From Solirubrobacterales bacterium (lineage in GTDB: Bacteria; Actinomycetota; Thermoleophilia; Solirubrobacterales; Solirubrobacteraceae): DNA of 64,000 bases. Numbering within the stretch: position 1 is the stretch's first letter; the number at the start of each line of letters is the position of its first letter. The notes beneath the pieces are model-generated. The model saw only the letters and a list, made by a program, of their open reading frames with translations. It made no database searches and was not told where the DNA came from. Shown here in pieces: positions 25,839-35,732 of this stretch. The translations under genes were made by a program, and so were the position numbers. Location of the stretch: assembly GCA_038224135.1 (NCBI GenBank), contig JBBRFO010000001.1:9503-73502 (forward strand), in the 5' to 3' direction.

Positions 25839-28499
25839 CTAGCCGGCGACGCGCACCGCGGCCTGGGCTGCGGCGACCCGCGCGACCGGGACGCGGAACG
25901 GCGAGCAGCTGACGTAGTCCAGGCCGATCGCGTGGAAGAACGCGATCGAGTCCGGGTCGCCGCCGTGCTCGCCGCAGATCCCGAGGGCGAGGCCGGGTCG
26001 CGTCCGGCGGCCCAGCTCTGCGCCCATCCGCACGAGCGCGCCGACACCGGGCGTGTCGATCGTCTCGAACGGCGAGCGGTCGAACACGTCGTCCGCGAGG
26101 TACGTCTCCAGGATCTTGCCCTCGATGTCGTCGCGGCTGAAGCCGAGCGTCGTCTGCGTGAGGTCGTTGGTCCCGAAGCTGAAGAAGTCCGCCATCCGCG
26201 CGATGCGGTCTGCGATGACGCAGGCTCGCGGCAGCTCGATCATCGTCCCGACGCTGAAGTCCGCGCGGGCGTAACCCTCGTCCTCGGCGGTCCGCTCGAC
26301 CAGTTCGCGCAGCGTGGCCAGCTCGCGCTCGTATGCGACCAGCGGGATCATCACCTCCAGATGCGGGGCCGCACCGCTGCGGTCGCGCACCGCCGCCGCC
26401 GCGCGGAAGATCGCGCGGCCCTGCATCGCGTAGATCTCCGGGTGCAGCAGCCCCAGCCGGGCACCCCGCGTGCCGAGCATCGGGTTGGTCTCGGCGAGGT
26501 CCTTGACGCGTTCCAGGACGCTCTCGACCTCGCTTCGCCGCGCGTCGCCCGCGGCCATCCCCGCCAGCTCCAGCTCCAGCTCCACCCGGGCGGGGAGGAA
26601 CTCGTGCAGCGGCGGATCGAGCAGGCGGATCGTCACCGGCAGCCCGCGCATCTCCTCGAACAGGCCTTCGAAGTCGGCCTGCTGCAGCGGCAGCAGCGCG
26701 TCGAGCGCCGCGCTGCGGGCAGAAGGCTCGTCGGCCAGGATCATCGCCTGCATCTTCGGCACGCGGTCCGCCGCCATGAACATGTGCTCAGTGCGGCACA
26801 GCCCGATTCCCTGTGCGCCGAACGCGCGTGCCGCGGCCGCATCGCGCGGGGTGTCGGCGTTGGCGCGCACCTCCAGGCGCCGCAGCGCGTCGGACCACTC
26901 GAGCACGGTCTGGAACCAGGCATTCGGCGGCGGGTCGATCAGCGGCACCTCGTCGGTCGTGACCGCGCCGGTGGAGCCGTTGATCGCCAGGTGATCGCCG
27001 GCGCGGGCGAGCAGCTCGCCCGTCGCCTTGAGGCGGATCTCGCCGGCCTTGTCGTCGATGTCCAGCGAGCTTGCGCCCGCCACGCACGGCCGGCCCATCC
27101 CGCGGGCCACGAGCGCCGCGTGCGAGGCCTTGCCACCCTGCGCGGTGAGGATGCCGACGGCGGCGTGGAAGCCGGCGACGTCGTCGGCCTCGGTGAACGG
27201 GCGGCAGAGGACGACCTTGCGCCCGTCGGCCGCGGCCTCGACGGCGGCGTGCGCGCTGAAGACGACGGCGCCGCTCGCCGCGCCCGGCGACGCCGGCACG
27301 CCGGTGGCGAGCACCGTGAACGGCGCCGCCGGATCGAACAGCGGGTGCAGCAGCTCGTCGAGTTTGCCCGCCTCCACCGTCAGCAGCGCCTGCTCGCGGG
27401 TCAGCAGGCCCTCGTCGACGGCATCGACGGCGAAGCGCACCGCGGCCTGCGCCGGCCGCTTGGCGGTGCGCGTCTGCAGCAGGTACAGCTGCCCTTCCTC
27501 GATCGTGAACTCCGTGTCCTGCATGTCGCCGTAGTGGCGCTCCAGCGCGCGCAGGATGCCCAGCAGTTCGGCGTGGGCCGCCGGCATCGCGGTCGCCAGC
27601 TCGCTGAGCGGGCTCGCGTTGCGAGCACCGCTCACGACGTCCTCGCCCTGCGCGTCGATCAGGAAGTCGCCCGATGGTTCGGGCTCGCCGGTCACCTCGT
27701 CGCGGCTGAAGGCGACGCCGGAGCTGGAGCTCTCGCCGAGGTTGCCGAAGACCATGCGCTGGACGTTGACTGCGGTGCCCATGTCGTCGGACAGGCCGTG
27801 GATGCGGCGGTACTGGATCGCGCGAGCGCCGTTCCAGGACGCGAAGACCGCGCGGATCGCACCGTCGAGCTGGTCGCGTGGATCCTGCGGAAAGTCCGCG
27901 CCGGTGTGCTCACGGAAGATCGCCTGGAACCGGGCAGTCAGCTCGCGCAGCGCTTCGGCGTCGAGGTCGGTGTCCAGGTCCGCGCCGTGCTCGGCCTTCA
28001 GCGTCGCGATCGCGTCTTCGAGCACCTCGCTGCTCACGCCGCGCACGACGTTGGCGTACATCTGGACCAGGCGCCGGTAGGAGTCCCAGGCGAAGCGCTC
28101 GTTCCCGGTCTTCGCCGCCAGGCCCAGCACGCTCGCATCGTTGAGCCCGAGATTCAGGACGGTGTCCATCATCCCCGGCATCGACTCCGGCGAGCCGGAG
28201 CGCACGGAGACGAGCAGCGGATGGTCGGCGGCGCCGAGCCCGCGGCCCGCATCCGCCTCCAGGCGCGCAACCGCCGCGCCGATCTGCTCGGCCAGCCCGT
28301 CCGGAAAGGCATTCGGCTCAGCCTGCAGGTAGGCGATGCAGGCGCGCGTCGTGATCGTGAAGCCCGCCGGCACGCGCCCGCGGTCCAGCACGTGGGTCAT
28401 CTCGGCGAGGTTGGCGCCCTTGCCGCCCAGCAGCATGCGCTCGTCGCGCGAGCCCTCTGTGAAGTCCTGGACCCATCGGGCCGCCGTATCCGCGCTCAT
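25839..28499 (-). CDS. ppdK: pyruvate, phosphate dikinase
   Basis: LLGGKGANLAEM, phosphohistidine loop GGKASHAALVARGMGRPCV, C-terminal PEP-utilising TIM barrel (ICGEHGGDP). Start ATG 28499. GTG 28529 is an alternative. Confidence 0.95.
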   Translation of the reverse strand: MSADTAARWVQDFTEGSRDERMLLGGKGANLAEMTHVLDRGRVPAGFTITTRACIAYLQAEPNAFPDGLAEQIGAAVARLEADAGRGLGAADHPLLVSVRSGSPESMPGMMDTVLNLGLNDASVLGLAAKTGNERFAWDSYRRLVQMYANVVRGVSSEVLEDAIATLKAEHGADLDTDLDAEALRELTARFQAIFREHTGADFPQDPRDQLDGAIRAVFASWNGARAIQYRRIHGLSDDMGTAVNVQRMVFGNLGESSSSGVAFSRDEVTGEPEPSGDFLIDAQGEDVVSGARNASPLSELATAMPAAHAELLGILRALERHYGDMQDTEFTIEEGQLYLLQTRTAKRPAQAAVRFAVDAVDEGLLTREQALLTVEAGKLDELLHPLFDPAAPFTVLATGVPASPGAASGAVVFSAHAAVEAAADGRKVVLCRPFTEADDVAGFHAAVGILTAQGGKASHAALVARGMGRPCVAGASSLDIDDKAGEIRLKATGELLARAGDHLAINGSTGAVTTDEVPLIDPPPNAWFQTVLEWSDALRRLEVRANADTPRDAAAARAFGAQGIGLCRTEHMFMAADRVPKMQAMILADEPSARSAALDALLPLQQADFEGLFEEMRGLPVTIRLLDPPLHEFLPARVELELELAGMAAGDARRSEVESVLERVKDLAETNPMLGTRGARLGLLHPEIYAMQGRAIFRAAAAVRDRSGAAPHLEVMIPLVAYERELATLRELVERTAEDEGYARADFSVGTMIELPRACVIADRIARMADFFSFGTNDLTQTTLGFSRDDIEGKILETYLADDVFDRSPFETIDTPGVGALVRMGAELGRRTRPGLALGICGEHGGDPDSIAFFHAIGLDYVSCSPFRVPVARVAAAQAAVRVAG

Positions 28500-28559
28500 C
28501 CGCAAGTCATACCGCGCCGGCGCGCTCACCGAATCGGGGTTTTGCCGACGCCGGCGGCG

Positions 28560-29381
28560 TTACGAGGCCACCGGGGTGCCGGCCGGCTCGGGATCCGCGA
28601 ACTCCCCGGGCTGCCCGGTCATGCCCGCGGTGACGGCGGCGATCTGGTTCGGCGAGCCGATCAGTGCGCGCTGCAGGTCGGTCTCCAGCAGCAGCCCGTC
28701 CTCGACCGGCAGGTGCCATGCGCTGTCGTACAGCCGCTTGGCAGCCCGCACCGCATCCGGCGAGCGGGTGGCGATCTCGTGCGCCAGCGCCAGCGCAGCC
28801 GCCAGCGGATCATCCGCGGTTCGGGTGACCAGCCCCAGCGCCGCGGCTTCCTCGCCGGACACCACGCGACCGGTGTACGTCAGCTCCTTGGCGACATCCG
28901 CCGGCAGGATCCGTGGCAGCGACGAGGTGATCCCCATGTCCGGGACCAGACCCCATTTGACCTCCAGCACGCTGAGCTTGGCGTCTGGCGCGGCGATGCG
29001 GATGTCGGCGCCGAGCGCCAGCTGCAGCCCGCCGCCGAAGCAGTTGCCGTGGATCGCGGCGACCACCGGCATCGGCAGGTCGATCCAGTCGGTCGCCACG
29101 CGCTGAGCGGCGTTGGACTTCTGCCCGCCCTCGCGCTCGAGGATGTCGTCAAGCGACACCGGGCCGGTCATCAGCGACGCGATGTCGAGGCCCGAGCAGA
29201 AGCTCGGCCCGTCTCCGTGCAGCACGACCGCGCGCACACCGGGTGTCGCAGCGACCTGTGCCGCCGCCGCGATGATCCCCTCGAACATCGCCCCGTCGAG
29301 CGCGTTGTGCTTCTCCGCGCGGGTGAGGCTGACGACGGCGACGTGGCCGTCGTGCTCGATGCTGACGCGCTGCTCGCTCAT
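28560..29381 (-). CDS. enoyl-CoA hydratase/isomerase (crotonase) family protein
   Basis: VVLHGDGPSFCSGLD and AAIHGNCFGGGLQLAL oxyanion-hole motifs. Start ATG 29381 (MSEQRVSIEHDG). Confidence 0.9.
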   Translation of the reverse strand: MSEQRVSIEHDGHVAVVSLTRAEKHNALDGAMFEGIIAAAAQVAATPGVRAVVLHGDGPSFCSGLDIASLMTGPVSLDDILEREGGQKSNAAQRVATDWIDLPMPVVAAIHGNCFGGGLQLALGADIRIAAPDAKLSVLEVKWGLVPDMGITSSLPRILPADVAKELTYTGRVVSGEEAAALGLVTRTADDPLAAALALAHEIATRSPDAVRAAKRLYDSAWHLPVEDGLLLETDLQRALIGSPNQIAAVTAGMTGQPGEFADPEPAGTPVAS

Positions 29382-29418
29382 GGCGCGAACCCTAACTCGT
29401 GATCGACGGCAGCGTCCC

Positions 29419-30669
29419 TCAGCGGGCGCGCAGCTCGGCAGGCCCGCCGAACGCCGCCAGCGGCGTCGGCAACTCGACCGACCCATCCTCGCGCTGGCCA
29501 TTCTCGAGCAGCGCGATGATCGTCCGGCCGACGGCACACGCCGTGCCGTTGAGCGTCGCCAGCGTCTCCGGCTTGCCACCGGCCGGCCGCACGCGGACGT
29601 CCAGGCGCCGCGCCTGGTAGTCGGTCGTGTTCGAGCACGACGTCAGCTCGCGGTAGCGCTCCTGGCTCGGCAGCCACGCCTCGCAGTCGAACTTCCGCGC
29701 CGCGGACGCGCCGAGGTCGTTGACGGCGATGTCGACGACGCGATACGGGAGGCCCAGCGCCGTCAGGATCTCCTCCTCGATCGCCAGGATCCGCTGGTGC
29801 TCGGACGCGGCCTGATCGGGCTCGACGAAGCAGAACATCTCGACCTTGTCGAACTGATGCACGCGGAAGATGCCGCGCGTGTCGCGGCCCGCGGCGCCGG
29901 CCTCGCGCCGGAAGCAGGGCGAGAACCCGGCATAGCGCAGCGGCAGGTCGGCCGCGTCGATGATCTCACCGGCATGCAGCGACGCCAGCGCGACCTCGCT
30001 CGTGCCGACCAGGTACAGGTCGTCCTGCGGCAGGTGGTAGATCTGCTGCTCGGTGTCGGGCAGGAACCCGGTCCCGAACAGCGCCTCTTCGCGGACCAGA
30101 ACCGGCGGGATCACCGGCTCGAAGCCGTGCCCGCCGAGCACCTCGAGCACCCAGCGGACGAGCGCCAGCTCGAGCAGCACGAGGTCGCCGCGCAGGTAGG
30201 CGAAGCGCGCACCCGACAGGCTCGCGCCGCGCTCCATGTCGATCATCGCGCCGGCCAGGTCGAGGTGGTCGCGCGCCGGGTAGTCGCGCGCGGCCGGCTC
30301 GCCGACGCTGCGCAGCGGCGTGTCCTGTGCCGGCGCACCCGGCTCGGCGAGGTTCGGAAGCTGGGCCAGCGCGGCCTTCAGCGCCACGTCGATGCCGGCG
30401 AGTTCCTCGTCGAGCGCCTTCGCCCGGGCGGCCACCTCGCGCATCGCCGCGATCGCCTCGTCGGCGCCACCGCCCTCGCGTTTGGCGGCGGCGATCGCGT
30501 CGTTGGCCGCGTTCTGTTCACCGCGCAGCCCCTCCAGCGCCGGCAGCCGCTCGCGGCGGCCGGCGTCGAGCTCCAGCACGCGATCGAGCAGCGCGGCGTC
30601 GTCGCCGCGGCGTACCAGCGATGCGCGCACCGCGTCGGGATCGCGGCGCAGCAGCTTCAGGTCGAGCAT
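29419..30669 (-). CDS. serS: serine--tRNA ligase
   Basis: MLDLKLLRRDPD N-terminal arm, class II motif 2 (FRVHQFDKVE), motif 3 (GTACAVGRTIIALLEN). Confidence 0.95.
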   Translation of the reverse strand: MLDLKLLRRDPDAVRASLVRRGDDAALLDRVLELDAGRRERLPALEGLRGEQNAANDAIAAAKREGGGADEAIAAMREVAARAKALDEELAGIDVALKAALAQLPNLAEPGAPAQDTPLRSVGEPAARDYPARDHLDLAGAMIDMERGASLSGARFAYLRGDLVLLELALVRWVLEVLGGHGFEPVIPPVLVREEALFGTGFLPDTEQQIYHLPQDDLYLVGTSEVALASLHAGEIIDAADLPLRYAGFSPCFRREAGAAGRDTRGIFRVHQFDKVEMFCFVEPDQAASEHQRILAIEEEILTALGLPYRVVDIAVNDLGASAARKFDCEAWLPSQERYRELTSCSNTTDYQARRLDVRVRPAGGKPETLATLNGTACAVGRTIIALLENGQREDGSVELPTPLAAFGGPAELRAR

Positions 30670-30685
30670 CGGGTCGCCCCGCGGG

Positions 30686-31135
30686 CTACTGACCGACGCC
30701 GGCGGGCAGTGCCGGGCAGGTCACGGCCGGGCCGGTCGGCGAGGCGATCTTCGGGGCGAGCTTGCCGGAGTAGGTCGCGACGAACGCGGCAACCTGCTCG
30801 GCCTCTTTGCCGACGACGATGTTGCCGGGCATGATCGCCCCGGAGTAGCCGCCGTTCTGCAGCGCGTAGATGACGCTGTCGTAACAGACCTTGCGCACGT
30901 TGAGGTTCGGGCCGTCGACCTTCTCGCGGTCGGAGACCTTCGTCGCCGAGCCCTGGGCACCGGCGACATCGAACGAATGGCAGCCGGAGCAGCGCTGGGA
31001 GAACAGCTTGGCGCCTGACTGGACGGCCGCGCTCTGCTTGCCGACCGACGACGAGATGCCCTGCGAGCCGCACGCTGACAGCAGCGTGGCGGCAGCGACG
31101 GCAAGGACGATGACGGCGGCGAGACGGCGGATCAT
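30686..31135 (-). CDS. class I c-type cytochrome lipoprotein
   Basis: Lipobox LLSACGS, single haem motif CSGCHS, distal Met region (GAIMPG). Its stop is 16 nt upstream of the serS start. Confidence 0.85.
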   Translation of the reverse strand: MIRRLAAVIVLAVAAATLLSACGSQGISSSVGKQSAAVQSGAKLFSQRCSGCHSFDVAGAQGSATKVSDREKVDGPNLNVRKVCYDSVIYALQNGGYSGAIMPGNIVVGKEAEQVAAFVATYSGKLAPKIASPTGPAVTCPALPAGVGQ

Positions 31136-31155
31136 GCGCGTCGGATCATACGAGA

Positions 31156-31315
31156 CGTGCCACTGGCACGGCCCGCCGCCCGCACGCGCGTGCGGGAGGA
31201 GCCGCGCCTCCCGTGCCGAACTTCAGGCCAGGCAACCCGGCGTCGGCACGTACGACATCGCTTCGTTGACAGGCGCGATCGTCGCATGACACGGCGGCAA
31301 CCGGCCGACGCCGGG
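31156..31315. repeat. cluster of exact GC-rich dyad symmetries in a divergent intergenic region (function unknown)
   Basis: CGTGCCA-C-TGGCACG at 31156-31170. An 18-bp perfect palindrome CCCGCACGCGCGTGCGGG at 31179-31196. A 7-bp stem/7-nt loop at 31193-31213 that overlaps the palindrome. 12-bp arms CCCGGCGTCGGC (31236-31247) and GCCGACGCCGGG (31304-31315) enclosing an inner 9-bp bulged helix (31253-31261 / 31075+200..31284). Confidence 0.8.
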
Positions 31316-31344
31316 ACGCCGGTACTGCGTACTTTGGGGGCACG

Positions 31345-31836
31345 ATGGCCGACGCCGCACAACAGCAGTTCCGCGAGGTCGTCGGCCACTTCGCGACCGG
31401 CGTCGCGGTCGTCACGTGCACCGGGCCCGACGGCCCGGCCGGCCTGACCACGAACGCCGTCACGTCGCTGTCGCTCGATCCGCTGCTGATGCTGGTCTGC
31501 TTCGACAACGACTCGCGGACGCTGCCCGCCGTCCGCGCGAGCCGACGTTTCGCCGTCAACGTCCTGGCGGAGGGCGGCGAGGAGCTGGCACGCACGTTCG
31601 CCTCCAAGCAGCTGCTCGGGCACGAGAAGTTCGACGCCGTCACCCACACCGTCGACCACGGGGTGCCGGTGCTCGACGACGCGCTCGCCTGGGTCGTCTG
31701 CGATACGCGAGAGCTGCTGCCCGGCGGCGACCACACGATCGCGATCGGCGCGGTGGCCCAGATGGGGGTCGGGACCGATCCGTCCGCCCGCCCGCTGCTG
31801 TGGTTCCAGGGCGCCTACGCGGCGCTCGGTCGGTGA
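31345..31836 (+). CDS. flavin reductase family protein (FMN-binding split barrel)
   Basis: FREVVGHFATGVAVVT...GLTTNAVTSLSLDPLLMLVCF is typical of HpaC/NADH:FMN reductases. Confidence 0.85.
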   Translation: MADAAQQQFREVVGHFATGVAVVTCTGPDGPAGLTTNAVTSLSLDPLLMLVCFDNDSRTLPAVRASRRFAVNVLAEGGEELARTFASKQLLGHEKFDAVTHTVDHGVPVLDDALAWVVCDTRELLPGGDHTIAIGAVAQMGVGTDPSARPLLWFQGAYAALGR

Positions 31837-31856
31837 CGGGCGGCGCGGACGGCGCC

Positions 31857-32309
31857 TCACACGGTCCCCAGCACCCGCAGCGCGAGGAACGCCATCACGC
31901 CGGCCGCCAGCGCCAGGATCCCGATCTCGCGGCCGACGATCGCCAGCACGATCGAGCGCTGGTCAGTCTCAGCCAGCCCCTCCATGTCCCGCGCCGACTC
32001 CAGGCCGCGCTGATCGAGAATCGTCTGCGCGGAGGCCAGCCGCAGTTGCTCGGCGATCACGGAGATGACGATCGGCAGCACGAGGTAGAGGTAGAGCAGC
32101 CCGTTGCTCGCGTGGTACCCGCTGATGATCGCCACGGCCGCGACCAGCGCCAGCACGATCGCGCCGATCTGCCCCGCGCGGCACAGCGGCCAGAAGGCAC
32201 GCCCAGCAGCGCCGCTGGTCCCGCGCCACCATGCCCAGCCGCCGACGAGCGCGGCGGCGAGGTTCACCGCCGCGGCGACACTGGCCGCGATCTGCGCCAC
32301 GTGCGTCAT
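31857..32309 (-). CDS. hypothetical membrane protein (about 4 TM)
   Basis: 150-aa ORF, hydrophobic, high GC3. Divergent from nuoA. Confidence 0.6.
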   Translation of the reverse strand: MTHVAQIAASVAAAVNLAAALVGGWAWWRGTSGAAGRAFWPLCRAGQIGAIVLALVAAVAIISGYHASNGLLYLYLVLPIVISVIAEQLRLASAQTILDQRGLESARDMEGLAETDQRSIVLAIVGREIGILALAAGVMAFLALRVLGTV

Positions 32310-32365
32310 TTCGAGCCCTTTGTCACGAAGTAGGTCGACCCCCCTGATGGTGATACAACGTCGGC

Positions 32366-32722
32366 GTGCTCAGCACGTACATCCCCGCGATCGTCTTCGT
32401 TCTCCTCGGCGCAGTCATCGGTATCGCATTCACCCTGCTCAACGGCGTCCTCGGCACGGATCGCCCGAGCGAGCACAAGCTCGACCCGTACGAGTCGGGC
32501 ATGGCGTCGGAGATCAAGCAGGGGTTCCGCTTCGGCATCAGCTTCTACCTGATCGCGATGCTGTTCCTCCTGTTCGACATCGAGGTCCTGTTCCTCTATC
32601 CGATCGCGGTCCAGCTGCGCGCCTACGGCACGTTCGCGCTCGGCGAGACGATCGTCTTCATCGCGCTGCTGCTCGTCGCGTTCGGCTACGTCTGGCGCCG
32701 AGGTGCGCTCACATGGAAGTGA
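32366..32722 (+). CDS. nuoA: NADH-quinone oxidoreductase subunit A
   Basis: 118 aa, 3 [10 protein letters not shown] and [10 protein letters not shown] motifs. Confidence 0.95.
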   Translation: MLSTYIPAIVFVLLGAVIGIAFTLLNGVLGTDRPSEHKLDPYESGMASEIKQGFRFGISFYLIAMLFLLFDIEVLFLYPIAVQLRAYGTFALGETIVFIALLLVAFGYVWRRGALTWK

Positions 32723-33366
32723 TCCGCCAGGGCGCCGGAGCGCCCGACGAGTTCCGCACGCGCCAGCTGCGCGCCCGCGACATGCTGCGCGGCGACCTCG
32801 CCGGCGACGACCTCGAGGCCTACGTCCAGGAGCGCGTCATGACGACGACGCTCGACAAGGCCGTCGACTGGGCGCGCGGCAACTCGCTGTTCCCGCTGAC
32901 CTTCGGCCTGGCCTGCTGCGCGATCGAGATGATGTCGATCGTCGGCGCCCGCCTGGACATCGCCCGCTTCGGCTTCGAGGCCTTCCGCGCCTCGCCGCGC
33001 CAGGCCGACCTGATGATCCTGTCGGGCCGGGTGTCGATCAAGATGGCGCCCGTCATCCGCCGCATCTACGACCAGATGCTGGAGCCGAAGTACGCGATCG
33101 CGATGGGCGCCTGCTCCAGCTCGATGGGCGTGTTCAACAACTACGCGATCGTCCCGGCCGACAAGTTCCTTCCGGTCGACGTCCACGTGCCCGGCTGCCC
33201 GCCGCGGCCCGAGGCGCTGATGCACGGGATCATCAAGCTCCGCGCGATGGTCCAGGAGGATCCGAGCATGGGCTGGCGCCAGCGCTACGGGGGCGGCGGG
33301 ACCGAGGAGATCGTGCCCGAACTGCTCGCCCCGGCAGCCCCGCCGACGGAGACGCCGGATGCCTGA
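32713..33366 (+). CDS. nuoB: NADH-quinone oxidoreductase subunit B
   Basis: [11 protein letters not shown] and GCPPRPE cluster-N2 ligand motifs. ATG 32713 overlaps nuoA by 10 nt. ATG 32782 is an alternative start. Confidence 0.9.
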   Translation: MEVIRQGAGAPDEFRTRQLRARDMLRGDLAGDDLEAYVQERVMTTTLDKAVDWARGNSLFPLTFGLACCAIEMMSIVGARLDIARFGFEAFRASPRQADLMILSGRVSIKMAPVIRRIYDQMLEPKYAIAMGACSSSMGVFNNYAIVPADKFLPVDVHVPGCPPRPEALMHGIIKLRAMVQEDPSMGWRQRYGGGGTEEIVPELLAPAAPPTETPDA

Positions 33367-33868
33367 CGCCGGCGGCCTGGAGCTGCTGGCCGATGACCTG
33401 CGCGCCCGTGACTCGGGCTGCGTCCTGGCGACCGGCCACTTCCGCGACAAGGCACACATCGATGTCGAGCCGGCCGCGATCGGCGACGTGCTCGAGGCGC
33501 TGCGCGCGGAGGGCTTCGACTTCCTCGTCAGCGTCCACGGGCTCGACTACTACCCGCACGAACCGCGCCTGGGCGTGCAGTACGAGCTGCTGAACATGCG
33601 CGCGCTCGACCGCCTGACCGTGCGCCTGCGCGTCAGCATCGATCAGCCGAACGTCCCGTCGGTGACGCCGCACTGGCCGACCGCCGACCACCAGGAGCGC
33701 GAGGTCTACGACATGTTCGGGGTCGTCTTCGACGGCCACCCGGACCTGCGCCGGATCCTGATGCCGGAGGACTACGAAGGGCACCCGCAGCGCCGCGACT
33801 TCCCGATCGGCGGCGAACCGATCCTCTTCACGCACAACGAGACGACGACGCCGCGGTGGTTCCAGTGA
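33359..33868 (+). CDS. nuoC: NADH-quinone oxidoreductase subunit C
   Basis: 30-kDa subunit motif [22 protein letters not shown]. Confidence 0.95.
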   Translation: MPDAGGLELLADDLRARDSGCVLATGHFRDKAHIDVEPAAIGDVLEALRAEGFDFLVSVHGLDYYPHEPRLGVQYELLNMRALDRLTVRLRVSIDQPNVPSVTPHWPTADHQEREVYDMFGVVFDGHPDLRRILMPEDYEGHPQRRDFPIGGEPILFTHNETTTPRWFQ

Positions 33869-35103
33869 CCGACCTGGGCTACCGCGAGATCGAGGAGAGC
33901 GTCACGTTCTCGGAGCTGCCGGCCGTCGACGCCGACGGCCGCGAGCTGCTGACGCTGAACATCGGCCCGCACCATCCGGCGACCCACGGCGTGCTGCGCC
34001 TGCTGGTCACGCTCGACGGCGAGATCCTGCGCGACGTCAAGCCGATCATCGGCTACGTCCACACCGGCATCGAGAAGACCGCCGAGGACAAGAGCTACTG
34101 GAAGGTCATCCCCGTCGTCGAGCGGATGGACTACCTGTCCTACTACTTCAACGCGTACGCGTTCTGCGGCGCCGTCGAGACGCTGCTCGAGATCGAGGTC
34201 CCCAAGCGCGCGCAGTACCTGCGCGTGATCCACATGGAGCTCAACCGAATCATGAGCCACCTCGTGTGGCTCGGCACCAGCGCCCTGGACCTCGGCGCGA
34301 TCTCGGTCTGGTGGTACTGCTTCCGCGAGCGCGAGCAGCTGCTCGACCTGTTCGAGATGTCCAGCGGTCAGCGCATGCACACGCGCTACTTCCAGGTCGG
34401 CGGCGTGATCGAGGACATCCCCGACGGCTGGGTCGAGATGGTGCGCAAGTTCTGCGCGGTCATGCCGGGAGCCGCCGACGTCTACGGCGACCTGCTCAAC
34501 CGCAACGAGATCTTCGTGCAGCGCCTGCGCGGTGTCTGCGCGCTGGACGAGGCGACGACGCTCGGCCTCGGCGTGACCGGCCCGCTGCTGCGCGCGACCG
34601 GCAACCCGTGGGACCTGCGCAAGGCGATGCCGTACTGCTCCTACGAGGACTTCGACTTCAAGATCCCGGTCGGCAGCAACGGCGACAACTACGACCGCTA
34701 CGCGGTCCGCCTGGCCGAGATCAAGGAGTCGGTGAAGATCATCGAGCAGGCGCTCGACGGCCTGCCCGAGGGGCCGCACATCACCGATGACCGCAAGGTC
34801 GCACTGCCGCCACGGCACGAGCTGGCGACCTCGATGGAGGCGCTGATCCACCACTTCAAGCTCGTCACCGAGGGCTTTCGCGTGCCCGAGGGCGAGGTCT
34901 ACTTCCCGATCGAGGGGCCGCGCGGCGAGCTCGGCTGCTTCGTTCGCGCCGACGGCTCCAGCAAGCCGGCGCGCGTGCACATGCGCGACCCGAGCTTCGT
35001 CAACCTGCAGGCCGCCGCGCCGGCGGTCGAAGGCTCGCTGCTGGCCGACATGATCGCCACGCTGGCGATGCTCGATCCGGTCCTCGGAGGCGTCGACCGA
35101 TGA
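33856..35103 (+). CDS. nuoD: NADH-quinone oxidoreductase subunit D
   Basis: NIGPHHPATHGVLRL and the conserved C-terminus ...LGGVDR. GTG 33865 (GTGA overlap) is an alternative start. Confidence 0.95.
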   Translation: MVPVTDLGYREIEESVTFSELPAVDADGRELLTLNIGPHHPATHGVLRLLVTLDGEILRDVKPIIGYVHTGIEKTAEDKSYWKVIPVVERMDYLSYYFNAYAFCGAVETLLEIEVPKRAQYLRVIHMELNRIMSHLVWLGTSALDLGAISVWWYCFREREQLLDLFEMSSGQRMHTRYFQVGGVIEDIPDGWVEMVRKFCAVMPGAADVYGDLLNRNEIFVQRLRGVCALDEATTLGLGVTGPLLRATGNPWDLRKAMPYCSYEDFDFKIPVGSNGDNYDRYAVRLAEIKESVKIIEQALDGLPEGPHITDDRKVALPPRHELATSMEALIHHFKLVTEGFRVPEGEVYFPIEGPRGELGCFVRADGSSKPARVHMRDPSFVNLQAAAPAVEGSLLADMIATLAMLDPVLGGVDR

Positions 35104-35732
35104 CCATCGACCCGACCGACATCCCGCGCTACGCGGGCGGCTCACGCGTTCCCGGCTGGGACGACGCCGCGGATCTGAGCAAGGACCCAGCCGGCATTCC
35201 GGACCCGGCGCAGACGCCGGTCCCCGACGATCTGCGCGCCGAGATCGAGGAGCTGATGACCCGCTACCCCGAGCGGCGCTCGGCGGCGATCCCGGCGCTC
35301 TACGCCGTCCAGAATCGCTACGGCTGGTGCACGCCGCAGGGCGTTGAGCAGGCCGCATGCGTCATGCGCCTGACGCCGGGGTACCTGACCGCGGTCGCCA
35401 CGTTCTACGACATGCTCGAGACGAAGCCCGTCGGCCGCAACAACGTCTACGTCTGCACGAACATCTCGTGCTCGCTGTGCGGCGCCGACGAGCTGCTCGC
35501 CGCGCTGCGCGAGGAACTCGGCGAGGACCCGGACGTCAACCTGCGCGGCTTCGAGTGCCTCGGCGCATGCGATATCGCGCCGATGGCCTCGGTCAACGGC
35601 GAGTATGTCGGGCCGATCACGCTCGACGAGGTGCCCGAGCTGGCGCGGCAGATCCGTGCCGGCCAGGAGCCACTTCCCGCCAAACAGCTGCGGCTGCGGC
35701 CGAGCGCCGATCCGAAGGTCAACGCCGGATGA
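35100..35732 (+). CDS. nuoE: NADH-quinone oxidoreductase subunit E
   Basis: 2Fe-2S motifs CTNISCSLCG and ECLGACDIAP. ATGA overlap with nuoD. Confidence 0.95.
   Translation: MTIDPTDIPRYAGGSRVPGWDDAADLSKDPAGIPDPAQTPVPDDLRAEIEELMTRYPERRSAAIPALYAVQNRYGWCTPQGVEQAACVMRLTPGYLTAVATFYDMLETKPVGRNNVYVCTNISCSLCGADELLAALREELGEDPDVNLRGFECLGACDIAPMASVNGEYVGPITLDEVPELARQIRAGQEPLPAKQLRLRPSADPKVNAG

Noticed and set aside
25932-29402. Very long alternative-frame or antisense ORFs. Examples: 25932-29402 (+, 1156 aa), 36730-39357 (-, 875 aa), 16904-18940 (-, 678 aa), 60041-62131 (+, 696 aa), 45381-47207 (-, 608 aa), 33772-35358 (-, 528 aa), and many others in the track.
   Set aside because: They are Arg/Ala/Pro/Gly/Asp-rich with no motifs. 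Each lies opposite or out of frame to genes with unmistakable conserved motifs (ppdK, nuoG, TCS, acs, nuoN, nuoD). Such stop-free shadow frames are expected in DNA this GC-rich.
31164-31170. TGGCACG resembling the -24 element of a sigma-54 promoter.
   Set aside because: No TTGC -12 element occurs at the correct spacing (the sequence continues GCCCGCCG). The motif is simply the right half of the CGTGCCACTGGCACG palindrome, and Actinomycetota generally lack sigma-54.
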